64,000 nucleotides of DNA from Amoebidium appalachense. Taxonomy: Eukaryota; Protista; Ichthyosporea. The DNA lies in the NCBI GenBank assembly GCA_963693365.1, contig CAVNZM010000021.1, forward strand, positions 1-64,000. The letters are read 5' to 3'. The position numbers and the translations under genes are program-made. Below, one piece after another: positions 50,772 through 61,403 of this stretch (positions within the stretch are counted from its first letter, which is position 1; each line of letters starts with the position of its first letter). Below the pieces are notes generated by a model. The model had not been told where the DNA came from. It saw only the letters and a program-made list of their open reading frames with translations, and did no database searches.

Positions 50772-53153
50772 TCACAAGATGGAATTCGTCCATGACCCAT
50801 CGCTCACAAGCAGCACGGCGCCATTGTCCCTGCGCACCACAGCAATCAGCACTCCCGCGGTTTTTGCTGTTGTGCCGTTATTGGCCACGAAACTAACGAC
50901 GTTTCCAAAGGGCTGTAGGGTAGCATTGATCTTGGGGTAGGAGGTGGTCGTCCAGCCACCGACTACCACTCCGAGCACAATGCCGTTCACACTCACTTCC
51001 ATCGTCTTGTCGCACAGCGCATGAATCACAACATCAAGGGGGGAGCTCCCGTTGTCGTAGGTTTTGTAGCCGTACGTCCAGCTGGGGATACAACCCAGAT
51101 GCGCGTTAGGCACGGACCAGATCCACTTTGCGACAGTGGTCACAAACCCCGATGCTGAGCCCCAGGGCGGCATGGGGTACGTGCCAAGTTCAACAGCCCA
51201 TGTCCGAATGGAATTGCCGTTCCATTCGCACAGGACTCCTTGGTTCCGGTAGGCCTCTGGAACATCAGGCTCCATGATATATGTTTGCTGCGTACTGTAA
51301 GTCCAGGCGGAAATACCGGGTGGATTTGTCCAGGCCTGCAACGGCCACGCTGCCACCGCCTTGCGCATATAGCAGTAGCCATAGACACCGCCTACATTGA
51401 CGACGGACGCAAAGCCAAATTGCCGACACCCCGAGGTGGCCTCTGCACGTGCCATGCATTGCTGCGGGCTTGCGTGTCCGAAATTGCTGGCATCTGTCCA
51501 GTCGTTGAATGTGTTGCTGGCGCTGTGGTCGGCCAGCTGGTCAAACACGTACCAGCGCGAGCGTGCATACGGCATGTAGACGTACCACCCCGACCAGTTG
51601 TTCCAGCGCCATGGCACACACGAGTTGACAAGTGTGGTAGACACGTAGCTCGAGGTGTTTGTCGCTGCACCCGGCATGGTCTTGGCCAAAAGATCCGCCC
51701 TCACCACCACAGATTCTGCCGACCGCACCCCATTGGGGACCATGACATCGTTTGTGTTGATGTCACCAGACACACAGTTAAGATTGGGCGCACTGCTGGT
51801 GGTTTCGTAGCAAACCTTTGTATAACCGTTTGTGTCTGCGTACGCGACTATTGCCGCCCAATGGTTTGTTCCAGCTGGGTTGGATACCGAGGCACCCGCC
51901 GAAAACGTTCTCCTTGCCAGCTGTACCCAGGGGGCTCGGGTGGTCTGCGGCACAATGCACACGTAGTCCCAACTCCCGCAGTCAAGCATGCGTGTCCACC
52001 TGTCCTGCGACGACTGCACCTCGGCAAACGTTCTGGGGTCGTACCGTCCGAACGCGTTGTGGTACTCGCAGTAGATCAGGTACAGCGGCGTGCGGCTCCC
52101 TGACATGCTTGCACACGTCACGGCCACGGCCCCGGCAGCCACACTTCCGATCTGCGGCCGCCGGCACGCCACGAAGCCCGGCTTTGGGACCAGGTAGAAG
52201 AATACGGACGCCGTTATCTGATGGGACTCGCCTTCGGGTTTAACTACGGACTTGGACATGTCTAAGGTTCCGACCCCGTAGACAGCCACCGGCTCGGTGT
52301 TGTTCTTGCTCACTATCTTGCATGGTATCAGCCCATGCTCCTTAGTCACACAGAAGCCCCCCCAAACCGGTCCATACGCGTCGCACTGGAACATCACGGC
52401 ATTGCGCGGTGGCACCGCCCGGCGCACCAGCGTGTAGGTCCCAAACTCCACCTCGTTGCACGCCAGCCGCCGCACGTCCCGCCCGATGGCTTCGGGATCC
52501 ATGCAGTGCAGCGCCACGTTGCGCACGCCCACCTCGCTGTAGCTGCTGCCCGTCTGTGCGCCGATGCACACGTAGCTGCTGCTGGGCGACACGGACGTGG
52601 TCACAGCCGTGCTTGTGACGGTCTTTGTGGCTGCCCCGTGCACGTACGTCACCCGCTGGTCCCGGACCACGTCGATCACAACTGGCGTCCAGGCCCCCGT
52701 CGACGTGTACGTGGAGTCGAGATCCACGGACTGCGTGAGCGTCTCGGTGCTCAGCGTACCGGCCTGGCCGTCCATAGTCAGCCGAAGGTCCACGTTGGTG
52801 CTTCCACTGCTCGATGCGTGCCCCAGAACGGGACTCCACACGGCCGCCCATATCTTGGTTCCCGGCAGCGCCGTGACGCGCTTGACCCGCACCTCGAAGC
52901 TGAGCGTAAACCGGCGGCCCGCATGCAGGGGCCAGAACACGTAGCCCAGCTGGCTGGCCGTGCCCGGGGTCAGCCGGATCTCCCCCCCTGTCTTGTCCAA
53001 GTACGCACATCCTCCCAGGTGGCCTGTGGCCGGGGCCTGCCAGCCCGTGGCGGCCCACACGTCCGGGGTCTCCCAGACGAGGCACCGCGAGCCCTGCTGG
53101 CTGGTGGGCAGCCACGCAATGCGAGCTGTCAGGGCACTCACACGGTCGCCCAT
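50772..53153 (-). CDS. Multidomain L-lectin-like/DM9-like adhesin
   Basis: EIRLTP...QLGYVFW; VPPRNAV...HGLIPCKI; C-terminal AKWIWS. Confidence 0.65.
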   Translation of the reverse strand: MGDRVSALTARIAWLPTSQQGSRCLVWETPDVWAATGWQAPATGHLGGCAYLDKTGGEIRLTPGTASQLGYVFWPLHAGRRFTLSFEVRVKRVTALPGTKIWAAVWSPVLGHASSSGSTNVDLRLTMDGQAGTLSTETLTQSVDLDSTYTSTGAWTPVVIDVVRDQRVTYVHGAATKTVTSTAVTTSVSPSSSYVCIGAQTGSSYSEVGVRNVALHCMDPEAIGRDVRRLACNEVEFGTYTLVRRAVPPRNAVMFQCDAYGPVWGGFCVTKEHGLIPCKIVSKNNTEPVAVYGVGTLDMSKSVVKPEGESHQITASVFFYLVPKPGFVACRRPQIGSVAAGAVAVTCASMSGSRTPLYLIYCEYHNAFGRYDPRTFAEVQSSQDRWTRMLDCGSWDYVCIVPQTTRAPWVQLARRTFSAGASVSNPAGTNHWAAIVAYADTNGYTKVCYETTSSAPNLNCVSGDINTNDVMVPNGVRSAESVVVRADLLAKTMPGAATNTSSYVSTTLVNSCVPWRWNNWSGWYVYMPYARSRWYVFDQLADHSASNTFNDWTDASNFGHASPQQCMARAEATSGCRQFGFASVVNVGGVYGYCYMRKAVAAWPLQAWTNPPGISAWTYSTQQTYIMEPDVPEAYRNQGVLCEWNGNSIRTWAVELGTYPMPPWGSASGFVTTVAKWIWSVPNAHLGCIPSWTYGYKTYDNGSSPLDVVIHALCDKTMEVSVNGIVLGVVVGGWTTTSYPKINATLQPFGNVVSFVANNGTTAKTAGVLIAVVRRDNGAVLLVSDGSWTNSIL

Positions 53154-53176
53154 AATGCAGTCCCCCACAAAATGTG

Positions 53177-54778
53177 CTAGGCGAGCATGGCCATGTTCAG
53201 GTACCAGCCACAGGCAGCGTGCCAGCGCCACACCAGCTGGTTGGTGTCCGTGTAGTCGGCGTTGGTGTACGCCGTTGGCGATACACGCGGCTTGGCGTTC
53301 TCGAACACGTCGGTGCGGATGATGGACGCCCCGTCCCGCCACGTGGTCTTGGCCGGCCACGACAGGGCCGGCTTGAAGATGTACCCCCGCCCCAGTGCCG
53401 GCTTGTACGAGTAATCCACGGCCATCAGCGTGACCCCTTTTGCGGCCGCCATGCGCTCGCCCTCCGCCACGATCTCGTCCACGTCCAGGCCCGTGAAGGT
53501 TGTCGCCGGCGACCACTCACCACTTACCCAACTTGTGCAGACGCCTCGTGGGAGCGTCACGTACCGCCCCTTGGTGGTCTGCGGGACGACGCACACGTAC
53601 TCCCACGACCCGTCGTCTGTAAGCGTGATAGGGCCCATGTATTCACACAGGATCGAACCCCCGGGCTCGTACAAGCCGTACGTGAATGTGTCCGTGCGTT
53701 CCAGAGAGATGAGGTACAGGGTGCCACGCTCTTGCGCTGCCCGTGGTTTGCCGATGTACAGCGCGTTATTGGGCGGTCCCCCGATCTGCCGCCTGCGCGT
53801 TGCAACAAACCCGGCCCTGGGCACCACATAGAAGAACGTTGTGCTTGAGTAGGACGCCCCACCCAGGGCGTAGTACGCCGTCATCGGGCTTCCGGTCGCC
53901 GAAATCTTGCACGGCACCATGCCGTGTGCGGATGCGCAGAACCCCGCATAGATCGGCCCCAGATTAACATGTGCCCCAAACGTCACGGCCCCCGGCGGCG
54001 GCCGGGTCGCACGCACGAGCGTGTGCGTGGGAAACTCGAGCTCGTTGATGGCCGTCAGCGCGGCGTCGCACCCCGGCGGCGGGGCGTTTGTTGTCAGCGT
54101 GATGTTACGCACGGCGTGCTCGCACGAGTAGCCGCCCGTGCGTGCGCACAGGGAGAGGATGGTGGGGCGCGTGGGGGCCGGCTGTGCGGGCGTCTGGGTG
54201 TGCAGCTGCGTCCACCCGGCCCCCTTGTCCAGCAGCACCTGCAGCCCGTTGGTCTTGGTGGCAAACCGCACCATGCATGTCCACCACGCCCCCCCGGTGC
54301 CAGCTCGGGGGTACGTCACTGTGCCCAGCACCGTGGCGCCAAGGTACAGCCGCGACTTGGACTCGTACTCGTCAAATGTCAGCCGGTACGCCTCGGGCTG
54401 CAGCAGCTCGTCCTCCCCCTGGTATCGCGCGCCGGAGTACCGCTGCCCCAAACAAAACCAGTTGGCCCACAAGGCATCGGCAACGCTGTTCGTGCCGTCG
54501 CCGGCCCTGAACTGGAAAATCAGCTGCAAGTTGTCGACGGGTGGCATAACCCACACCACATAGCCATGCTGGCTGCTCTGTTTGTCCGTCAGCCGGATCT
54601 CCCCGCCCGCCCTGTTCATGTACGCAGTCCCCCCCAGTACGCCCGCAGCCGGCGCTACCCACGCCGTGCCCTGCTGCGAGGCGCTCCACGTTTCGGCGTT
54701 CTCGAGAACCAGCGTCGTCGTGTGCCGTGCCGCAATGCTGTTGATCCGCGCGTCCAGCGTCGCCAGCCGTTCCGCCAT
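53177..54778 (-). CDS. L-lectin-like/DM9-like adhesin paralog
   Basis: MAERLATL...EIRLT...PPPGAV...HGMVPCKI. Confidence 0.68.
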   Translation of the reverse strand: MAERLATLDARINSIAARHTTTLVLENAETWSASQQGTAWVAPAAGVLGGTAYMNRAGGEIRLTDKQSSQHGYVVWVMPPVDNLQLIFQFRAGDGTNSVADALWANWFCLGQRYSGARYQGEDELLQPEAYRLTFDEYESKSRLYLGATVLGTVTYPRAGTGGAWWTCMVRFATKTNGLQVLLDKGAGWTQLHTQTPAQPAPTRPTILSLCARTGGYSCEHAVRNITLTTNAPPPGCDAALTAINELEFPTHTLVRATRPPPGAVTFGAHVNLGPIYAGFCASAHGMVPCKISATGSPMTAYYALGGASYSSTTFFYVVPRAGFVATRRRQIGGPPNNALYIGKPRAAQERGTLYLISLERTDTFTYGLYEPGGSILCEYMGPITLTDDGSWEYVCVVPQTTKGRYVTLPRGVCTSWVSGEWSPATTFTGLDVDEIVAEGERMAAAKGVTLMAVDYSYKPALGRGYIFKPALSWPAKTTWRDGASIIRTDVFENAKPRVSPTAYTNADYTDTNQLVWRWHAACGWYLNMAMLA

Positions 54779-54811
54779 TGCCCACTGCGCACATTTGTTT
54801 TGCCCTACTCA

Positions 54812-56077
54812 ATGGCGGACCGCCTCGCCCGCCTCACACAGCGCATCCTCAACCTCGAGGGCTCGCCCCCCCGATGTGTGCTCCAGGAGACCCCCGAGAC
54901 CTGGGCCCGCAACAACTGGGCGTGCCCGGCCACCGGCACGCTCGGCGGCAGCGCCTACATGGACAAGGCCAATGCCGAGATCCGGCTCACCGCCCGCGCC
55001 GCCAACCAGACCGGCTACGTGTACTGGCCCGTGTGCCCCGGGCAGCGCTTCGTGCTGTCCTTCAAGTTCAGGACCGGCGCAGGGTCCACCCCGCAGAAGG
55101 AGGGCCTGTACGTGTCGTGGAACCAGGCCAACTCGTTCCCAAACGGAGCCGTCGCCGGCAAGGAGTTCCGCCTGCAGTTCAATCCGGGGTCCGGCAAGGT
55201 CGTGTCCTACCAGCCCAACGGCTCGTTCAACTTCCCCGGATGGCCGGCCAACGGCACCAACGGCGCCTGGCAGACGTGCGTCGTCAGCGTCGCCCCGGAC
55301 GCCGGCTACGTGTTCTGTTCGCTCGGCCGGCTGCGCCTGACATACACACTGGCCGACCTGACCCCCTCATCCACCGCAAGTACCTTTCTCTCGCTGTGCG
55401 CCTACACATCCACGGCCGACTACACCGAGCACGCCGTCAAGGACATCGAGCTGTGGACGTACGACCTGGGCGTGCCCGGCCGCGACGCCCGCTCGCTCGT
55501 GCTCAACGAGATCGACGGGCCCGGCTACCGCTGGGTCCGCAGCCCGCGCGTGCCGCCCGGGGCCGTGACGTTTGGGATAATCTAGAAGGAGGGTCCTACC
55601 TTCGCAGCTTTGTGCTTCACGTGGGCGCACGGCTCGGTATTTGGAACGGTCACGATGTGTGGACACTGTTACAACCGGGTCCCTTGCAGGCACGTATGCA
55701 GCTCGTCGATCGTCGTACAGGGATGCCCATCTCCGGCTCCCCCGACATGTTCCAAACGGACAACTTCTTCTACCTTGTCCCCAAGCCGGGCTTTGTCGCC
55801 GTTGCGAAGAAGGTACACCAGTTTCGGATCGGATAGCTGGACCGCCCCACCAGGCGCCCTCTGCATAGAGTCCCTCAGTGGCATCTCCGGTACTGGAGAC
55901 CCGTTCCCGCCTATCTTGTCAGCGACGGAAGAAGCTACTTTACGGACTACTATTTTCGGAGGGGCCATCAACAACGAAAACATACTATTGGCCCTCGGCA
56001 TGGATGAGTTAAGCGTATCGTACGGCCACAAATGGAGTTGGCTTTGTCTGTGTTGTCCCTCAGACCACAAAGCGTAG
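54812..56077 (+). pseudogene. Third lectin/DM9 paralog, disrupted
   Basis: MADRLARL...; in-frame TAG at 55583-55585, then homology continues (GPTFAALC..AHG; FFYLVPKPGFVA in another frame). Confidence 0.65.
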
Positions 56078-56514
56078 ATACGTGGGTCTTCCTTTTAATG
56101 TGAGCAATCAATGTCCAGCAGGCCTACTCTGAGATCTTGCAGGGATGTACGGAGCCGTTCTGGGACACAAACGACAAGGGGCACACTGATGGAACAACAG
56201 GACGACAACCGAGCCTGGCTTTTCGTGTGCGAAATTGATTCTACCATCGACAAGTTCCTCTGGTCCCCTCGCGCATGAGGCTATTCAAGGGCTCCCCGTG
56301 GCCCGCATAATCACTGACTGTCAACTATTATGACGGACACGTTCGTGCGCCTGGACGACTTCGAGGGTGCAAAACCAGATGGCACGGTTGACGCGCAGCA
56401 GTACAAGGACGTGGAGTACTTTGAGGCCACACGGCGCGAACCTGACGTGGCGCTGGTGCGACTGGGCCGGCTGGTATCTCAACATAAATGCGTGAACTTG
56501 GTGCAGATTCAACT

Positions 56515-57655
56515 TTACTCAAGCCGGGCGACCAGCGCCTCGAGCGCCGACGTCAGCCGGTCCACATGGTCGTTGATGGCCAGCACGGCCTCGGCGATCG
56601 TCGCCTTGCCCGCGGCGGGCCCCACGGTCGGCGCGGCCCACGTGCCCACGTTGGCCGGCGGGGCGCTCGCGTTCAGCGCGAGCACGGCGGCTGCGATGGT
56701 GGTCTTGGTGGCGGCGGGGCCCGTGGTGGGGGTGGTGTAGGTGCCCACCACACTGGTGTTTGCTTTGGTGTTCAACTGCGTATCGCAGTAACTTTTGTCG
56801 GCCTTCGCAGCCAACGTGTTCCCGCGTGGTCACGGTGGTCTGGAGTGCCTGAACTGTGGACGAGTCTGCTTTTCCGGCCAGCGTAGTGCCTTGAGTCTGG
56901 ACGGTTGTTTGGAGTGCCTGCACAGTGCTTGAGTCTGCTTTCGCCGCTAGGGTTGTGCCCTGTGTCTGCACGGTGCTCTGCAAAGCATCCACAATGGTAG
57001 CTTCCGCTTTTTTGGCTAGAAGGCCGTCTACGTAGATGGTTCTGTTAGTGAAATCGGTTCTTAATGTTGCAACCACGGCCTTGGTCTCCCTGTTCGACAA
57101 TTCGCTGTCTACATAGACAGTCCGTTCGGTGACGTCACTGCGGAGCTGTGCCACCACACTCTTCTCTTCTTTTAGGAGGACTTGCTGTTCGATGTTTGTG
57201 CACCGGTCACCAAACTCCTGCGTGATGCCATCGAGAGTTGTGTCGATCGTGATCTTATCTGCTTTCTGGTCTAGGCGCTCCGCCACACTAACTTCATCTG
57301 CTTTTGTATTAACCACCTCGGCAAGCGCTGCCAGTGCAGTCTTCTCAGCCTTGAGAGCCAGACTAGCTTGATGGCTTCTCAATGTTGCGTTGATTTCCTC
57401 CACCGTGGACAACACGTTATCGTCCTTGACCGTGAGCGCGCTGTTCAGGATGCCCACCGCCGCGCCCAGTGTCAGCCCCGCGCATGGCCCCTCGGCCGGG
57501 ACTGAGTAGGGGAGGACCTGGGCCACGCAGGCGGCGGCGTCATCGAGGTTTAGGCTGCCACTGTCGAACGTGATGGAGTCGGGCAGGAGTGCCTGCTCGT
57601 TGCACACAAGTTCTTTGCAACGCAACATTTGCTTACGAGCGCCGATGATAATCAT
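56515..57655 (-). CDS. Fibre-like coiled-coil protein, frameshifted near 56820
   Basis: KADSSTVQALQTTV repeats; second frame AAKADKSYCDTQLNTKAN...ALVARLE. Confidence 0.65.
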
Positions 57656-57694
57656 GCAAGCCACTGATCGAATATTTTGCTTGCCTATATTGAT

Positions 57695-57964
57695 ATGTCA
57701 CCTGTTGGATCTACCATCACAACAGTTGCGGAAGAGAGGCCCGTCAATGGCCGCCGTAAATGTGAGCATGGTAAGCAAAGAACGCGCTGCAAAGCCTGTG
57801 GTGGGGCGATTTGCCTGCATGGCAGAAACAAACGGCACTGTAGGCACAGGAAACAGCAGATCTGGGCGTGCAGTATAGCAGGCTGGTGTCAATCGAAGAC
57901 ACGGACAAGCTACTGGCCCCGTTTCAAGTCAAGACGAGTCCGGTGGAGGAGGCTTAAGCTGTAG
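57695..57964 (+). pseudogene. Short Cys/His zinc-ribbon repeat fragment
   Basis: CEHGKQRTRCKACGGAICLHGR. Confidence 0.55.
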
Positions 57965-58034
57965 GCCGACCGGGAGGGGCTCCTTTTATTCAATAAAAGC
58001 GGTCCTGCACAGGGCGAAAAGGGTCAACCCCACG

Positions 58035-58234
58035 ACCCTGTTCTCTAGAAATTTCGGAGACATTGTAACCGTGTGCCACGGTGTTCTCTTGGCTTTCGGG
58101 AGACATGGTGGGTACCGGCGAGGCTATTCTCTATGAAATGACGGGCCAGTCGTTCACAGAAGCCGCCGCGTTCTCTCTGGTTTGTGAAGAAATCGTTGGA
58201 CTGAGTAGCGTGGTGGTGGGGGGGAGAACAGGGT
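58035..58234. repeat. ~200-bp element with 11-bp terminal inverted repeats and four ~43-bp subunits (copy 1)
   Basis: ACCCTGTTCTC...GAGAACAGGGT; TGTTCTC-like motifs at 58039, 58082, 58125, 58169. Confidence 0.75.
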
Positions 58235-58294
58235 GCACGCCCCCCCCCCCCCCCTCCTCCCGTAACACGAGCGCACATTTTTAAGGCTTCACGC

Positions 58295-60028
58295 ATGAAC
58301 ATACAGGGTGACAACCCCAACGCAGGCTCACAGGGGTTCAAGCGCCCCCGAGAGCCCGAGCGCGACCTACCCTCGCATGCGGATATTGCCGTCAGGAACG
58401 TGCATCTGATCTCCGACATGGGTGCCGTTGAAGGTGAAGAGGCCGCCGAGGGCGACAATGCCAACAACCCCTTCGACCTGGTCGCCAACTACGGCGTGAC
58501 GCTTCTTAGACCTCACACGCTGCTTGCCAGCCCTTATGCCACACGGTACCTGTCCGAAATCCTGGCCTATTCCCTGGTTCTTGTTCCGGGCGAGCTGGGG
58601 CGGCGCGAGTTCGACTGCGGCGACAAGGAGGCGTCCTTGACCGGGCCCATGTACAAGAACAATCCCTTCTGGCGATCCCATGGCACCACCGTCCCCCTCG
58701 ACCCGCCGGGCGGCCAGCTGTATGACCAGATCGCCCGTATGGTCTCCAACAGCTCGCGCAACCCGTCCCTTCGGCCTCCGGTTACACGCCCGGGGGAGCC
58801 CGCCTACACCGGCATCACCCTTGCCATCGCGGCGACCGGGTCCGACGCAAACACCCTCTGCGAAACGGTGGCCATCCAGGCCGCGCGGGTGCGCAACTCC
58901 CACTGGGACTGGATGGCGTGCCCGTGTGACGCATCCGCATGCAACTGCAACGACGCCGCCGTCCTTCTGTACGACACCTACGGCGCCGGCCGGGGCACCT
59001 TTGCCGGTGCGTCGCGGTACGGGTTTTCGCAGAACTGCAACTGGAGGAGGGCCCACGTCGTGCATCGCAAGGCGAACGAGTCGGCCGTGGACGCGCTCGC
59101 ACGTGCCCAGGATGAGCTGGCGGAGCAGGGTATCCCTGTCGGGGCCGTGTTCGTCGAGTTCCTGAACGGCCACCACGTGGTCATGATGTCCAAGGACGAC
59201 GCCTGCGCCATCCGGCAGTGGTGCAGCGACCAGAGGGTGTATCTCATCGCAGACGAGATTCTGAGCGCGTTTCGCTGCGGCGCGCTCTTCTCGTTCCAGT
59301 TGTACGACGGCGCCGTAGTGCCGGACCTGGTCACGCTGGGCAAGGGTTTGCAGTTGGGCCTCGTCGTCAAGATCGTCGACCCCGACACCCGACTGAGCGA
59401 GGTGGAGACACTGTTGCGAAACACAAGCCCAGGGTACAACCTGCACATCCCGCAGGTTCCTAGCATGGAGCTCTGCAACACCGGGATATTGACCGCGCTC
59501 CATGTCCTGCGCGTCATCGAGGTAGGCGACCTCATCCACGGAGCCGCGGAAAGGTGTCGTGAGCTCTGCTACGGCCTCAACCGATACCACAGCGTCGTCA
59601 CCATACGCGTGGGTGCCATGGCATGCCTCTACACCCCCGACTTTCTTCCAGACGACTTCCCCCCAACGACCCCGGGCTCCACGGACCCGTTCTCGCGCCT
59701 GCTCGATTTCCTGCTGGGACCCGACGACCACGTCGGGAAACACAGGGGCTATGCGCGCCAGCAGTACCGCGCCGACGACCACTCCCAAGTCCCTCCCGGC
59801 ATGGCAGGGTTTCACTTCACCTGCACCGACTGGGAGCGCGACAACCGCGTGCTCTACAGCAGCACCCAGTCCAACAGGATCTGCCCGCCCCTCGACCTCA
59901 CCACCGCCGAGGTGCATGCGATCGTGAACTGTGGCCGACTGCGCCTGTTCCCCCACAATCCGACCACATACGGGCCCATCGAGTCGGTGAACGCGCAGGT
60001 GGACATGGGCCTGGTTGTCCCGGTCTGA
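58295..60028 (+). CDS. Class-III PLP-dependent aminotransferase
   Basis: GAVFVE, LIADEI..AFRCG, PDLVTLGKGL. Confidence 0.88.
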   Translation: MNIQGDNPNAGSQGFKRPREPERDLPSHADIAVRNVHLISDMGAVEGEEAAEGDNANNPFDLVANYGVTLLRPHTLLASPYATRYLSEILAYSLVLVPGELGRREFDCGDKEASLTGPMYKNNPFWRSHGTTVPLDPPGGQLYDQIARMVSNSSRNPSLRPPVTRPGEPAYTGITLAIAATGSDANTLCETVAIQAARVRNSHWDWMACPCDASACNCNDAAVLLYDTYGAGRGTFAGASRYGFSQNCNWRRAHVVHRKANESAVDALARAQDELAEQGIPVGAVFVEFLNGHHVVMMSKDDACAIRQWCSDQRVYLIADEILSAFRCGALFSFQLYDGAVVPDLVTLGKGLQLGLVVKIVDPDTRLSEVETLLRNTSPGYNLHIPQVPSMELCNTGILTALHVLRVIEVGDLIHGAAERCRELCYGLNRYHSVVTIRVGAMACLYTPDFLPDDFPPTTPGSTDPFSRLLDFLLGPDDHVGKHRGYARQQYRADDHSQVPPGMAGFHFTCTDWERDNRVLYSSTQSNRICPPLDLTTAEVHAIVNCGRLRLFPHNPTTYGPIESVNAQVDMGLVVPV

Positions 60029-60311
60029 AACAGATGCGCAGTCAGCCAGTCAGCCCAAGCACTCCCGATTCTGCGGTGGGGCCTGGGGGGCTGGGGGGGC
60101 TGGGAGGGCCCCCTGTGGACACAGACCCGTGAGCCCGCTGTGTCTCCCGCCCTTGCATGCCTCACATGCCCCTCCCGAGCCCCCCACGCCCGCGCCAGTT
60201 GGGTCGGGCTTTCGGGCTCCGTGGTCCTGGAGCCCGGCCTCGCGCCCCTCCCAGCCCCCCAGGCCCCGCTCCTAGGAAAAAGCAATCGGCGAACAGGGTC
60301 CACCCCCGGCA

Positions 60312-60505
60312 CCTGTTCTCCAAGGATCCGGGAGACATGGTTGGGGATGCCATGGTGTTCTCTTGGGTTCCGGGAGACATGGGGGGGACCGGCGATGCTG
60401 TTCTCCAGAAAATTGCGGGCCAAACGTTCATGGGCACTGCCGTGTTCTCTCTGGTTTGTGGAGAAAACGTTGGACTGGGCAGGGGCCGGTGGGCAGGAGA
60501 ACAGG
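60312..60505. repeat. ~200-bp element, copy 2
   Basis: CCTGTTCTCC...GGAGAACAGG; TGTTCTC at 60314, 60356, 60399, 60443. Confidence 0.75.
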
Positions 60506-60605
60506 GTGGTGAACGCGCAGGTGGATATGGGCCGGGTTGTTGCCGTGTGACGTAAAGGTCGATTTTGACAGTTTGTGGTACTTTATCTGTCGGTTCAACA
60601 CCGTG

Positions 60606-61403
60606 ATGTCTCGACTCAGCGAAGGGGCTGTTGTGCGCTGCCTCCACCTGGTGCGCACGTTTTTGGATAACGATAAGAGCAGCGCTTTGTTCATGCAGGG
60701 ATACACAACGCACCACCTAGTGTTATACATCAAGCACCTGATGGAAATGGAAACAAACGAAAAGGTCCCAGTCGAACACATTGAGAGGCTGATTTCCTGC
60801 CCCGATGAAATGTCCGAACACACGCGCTCATCGAAGAAACTGAAAAACGTCGTTACAGCAGTTCGCGAGCTGTTCCCCACACCGTGGGTTTGGAAGGGGA
60901 TTGATCCAGGCACGTTTACGGTGGAGCTCGCTAGGGAGGTCCATCGCAAGGTCATGGACGGGCTGCTCGATAGCGCTGGACGGTATCGGGTGCGCTTTGC
61001 GCTTCCCGCAGGCTGCAGTCATCAGTACCTTGCACCGTTCAAGATCGAAGAGGCTCTCAAGCGCCTGTTCGAAAGGACACGCACCGAACTCCAAGGCTGC
61101 AATGACGTTCTCGGTGCCATACAGGTCGCCGCCCGTTTCCTCGGGGAGTTCCTCTACATCCACCCGTTCAGCAACGGCAACGGGCGCGTCGCCCGTCTGT
61201 TGGTCAGCGTGCTGCTCTCGCCCTATATTGCCGTTCCCCTCTCGTTGTACACAGACCGCAGCTCCCGCGAGCGCTACCACTCGCTGCTGCTGGCCGCGCA
61301 GAGCCAGCCGCCGCCCCACGACTACTCCGCGCTGGCCGCCTTCGTGCTGGACTGCGCAAGGGCGAACCTGGTCTCGGTGTGCAACGCCCTGGATTTGGAA
61401 TGA
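60606..61403 (+). CDS. Fic/Doc family protein
   Basis: IHPFSNGNGRVARL; AGRYR; start uncertain (frame open from 60537). Confidence 0.92.
   Translation: MSRLSEGAVVRCLHLVRTFLDNDKSSALFMQGYTTHHLVLYIKHLMEMETNEKVPVEHIERLISCPDEMSEHTRSSKKLKNVVTAVRELFPTPWVWKGIDPGTFTVELAREVHRKVMDGLLDSAGRYRVRFALPAGCSHQYLAPFKIEEALKRLFERTRTELQGCNDVLGAIQVAARFLGEFLYIHPFSNGNGRVARLLVSVLLSPYIAVPLSLYTDRSSRERYHSLLLAAQSQPPPHDYSALAAFVLDCARANLVSVCNALDLE

Noticed and set aside
9019-55585. TAA/TAG reassignment (alternative genetic code)
   Set aside because: Complete genes end at TAA/TAG where expected (methyltransferase, patatin, helicase), and frameshifts co-occur with the stops.
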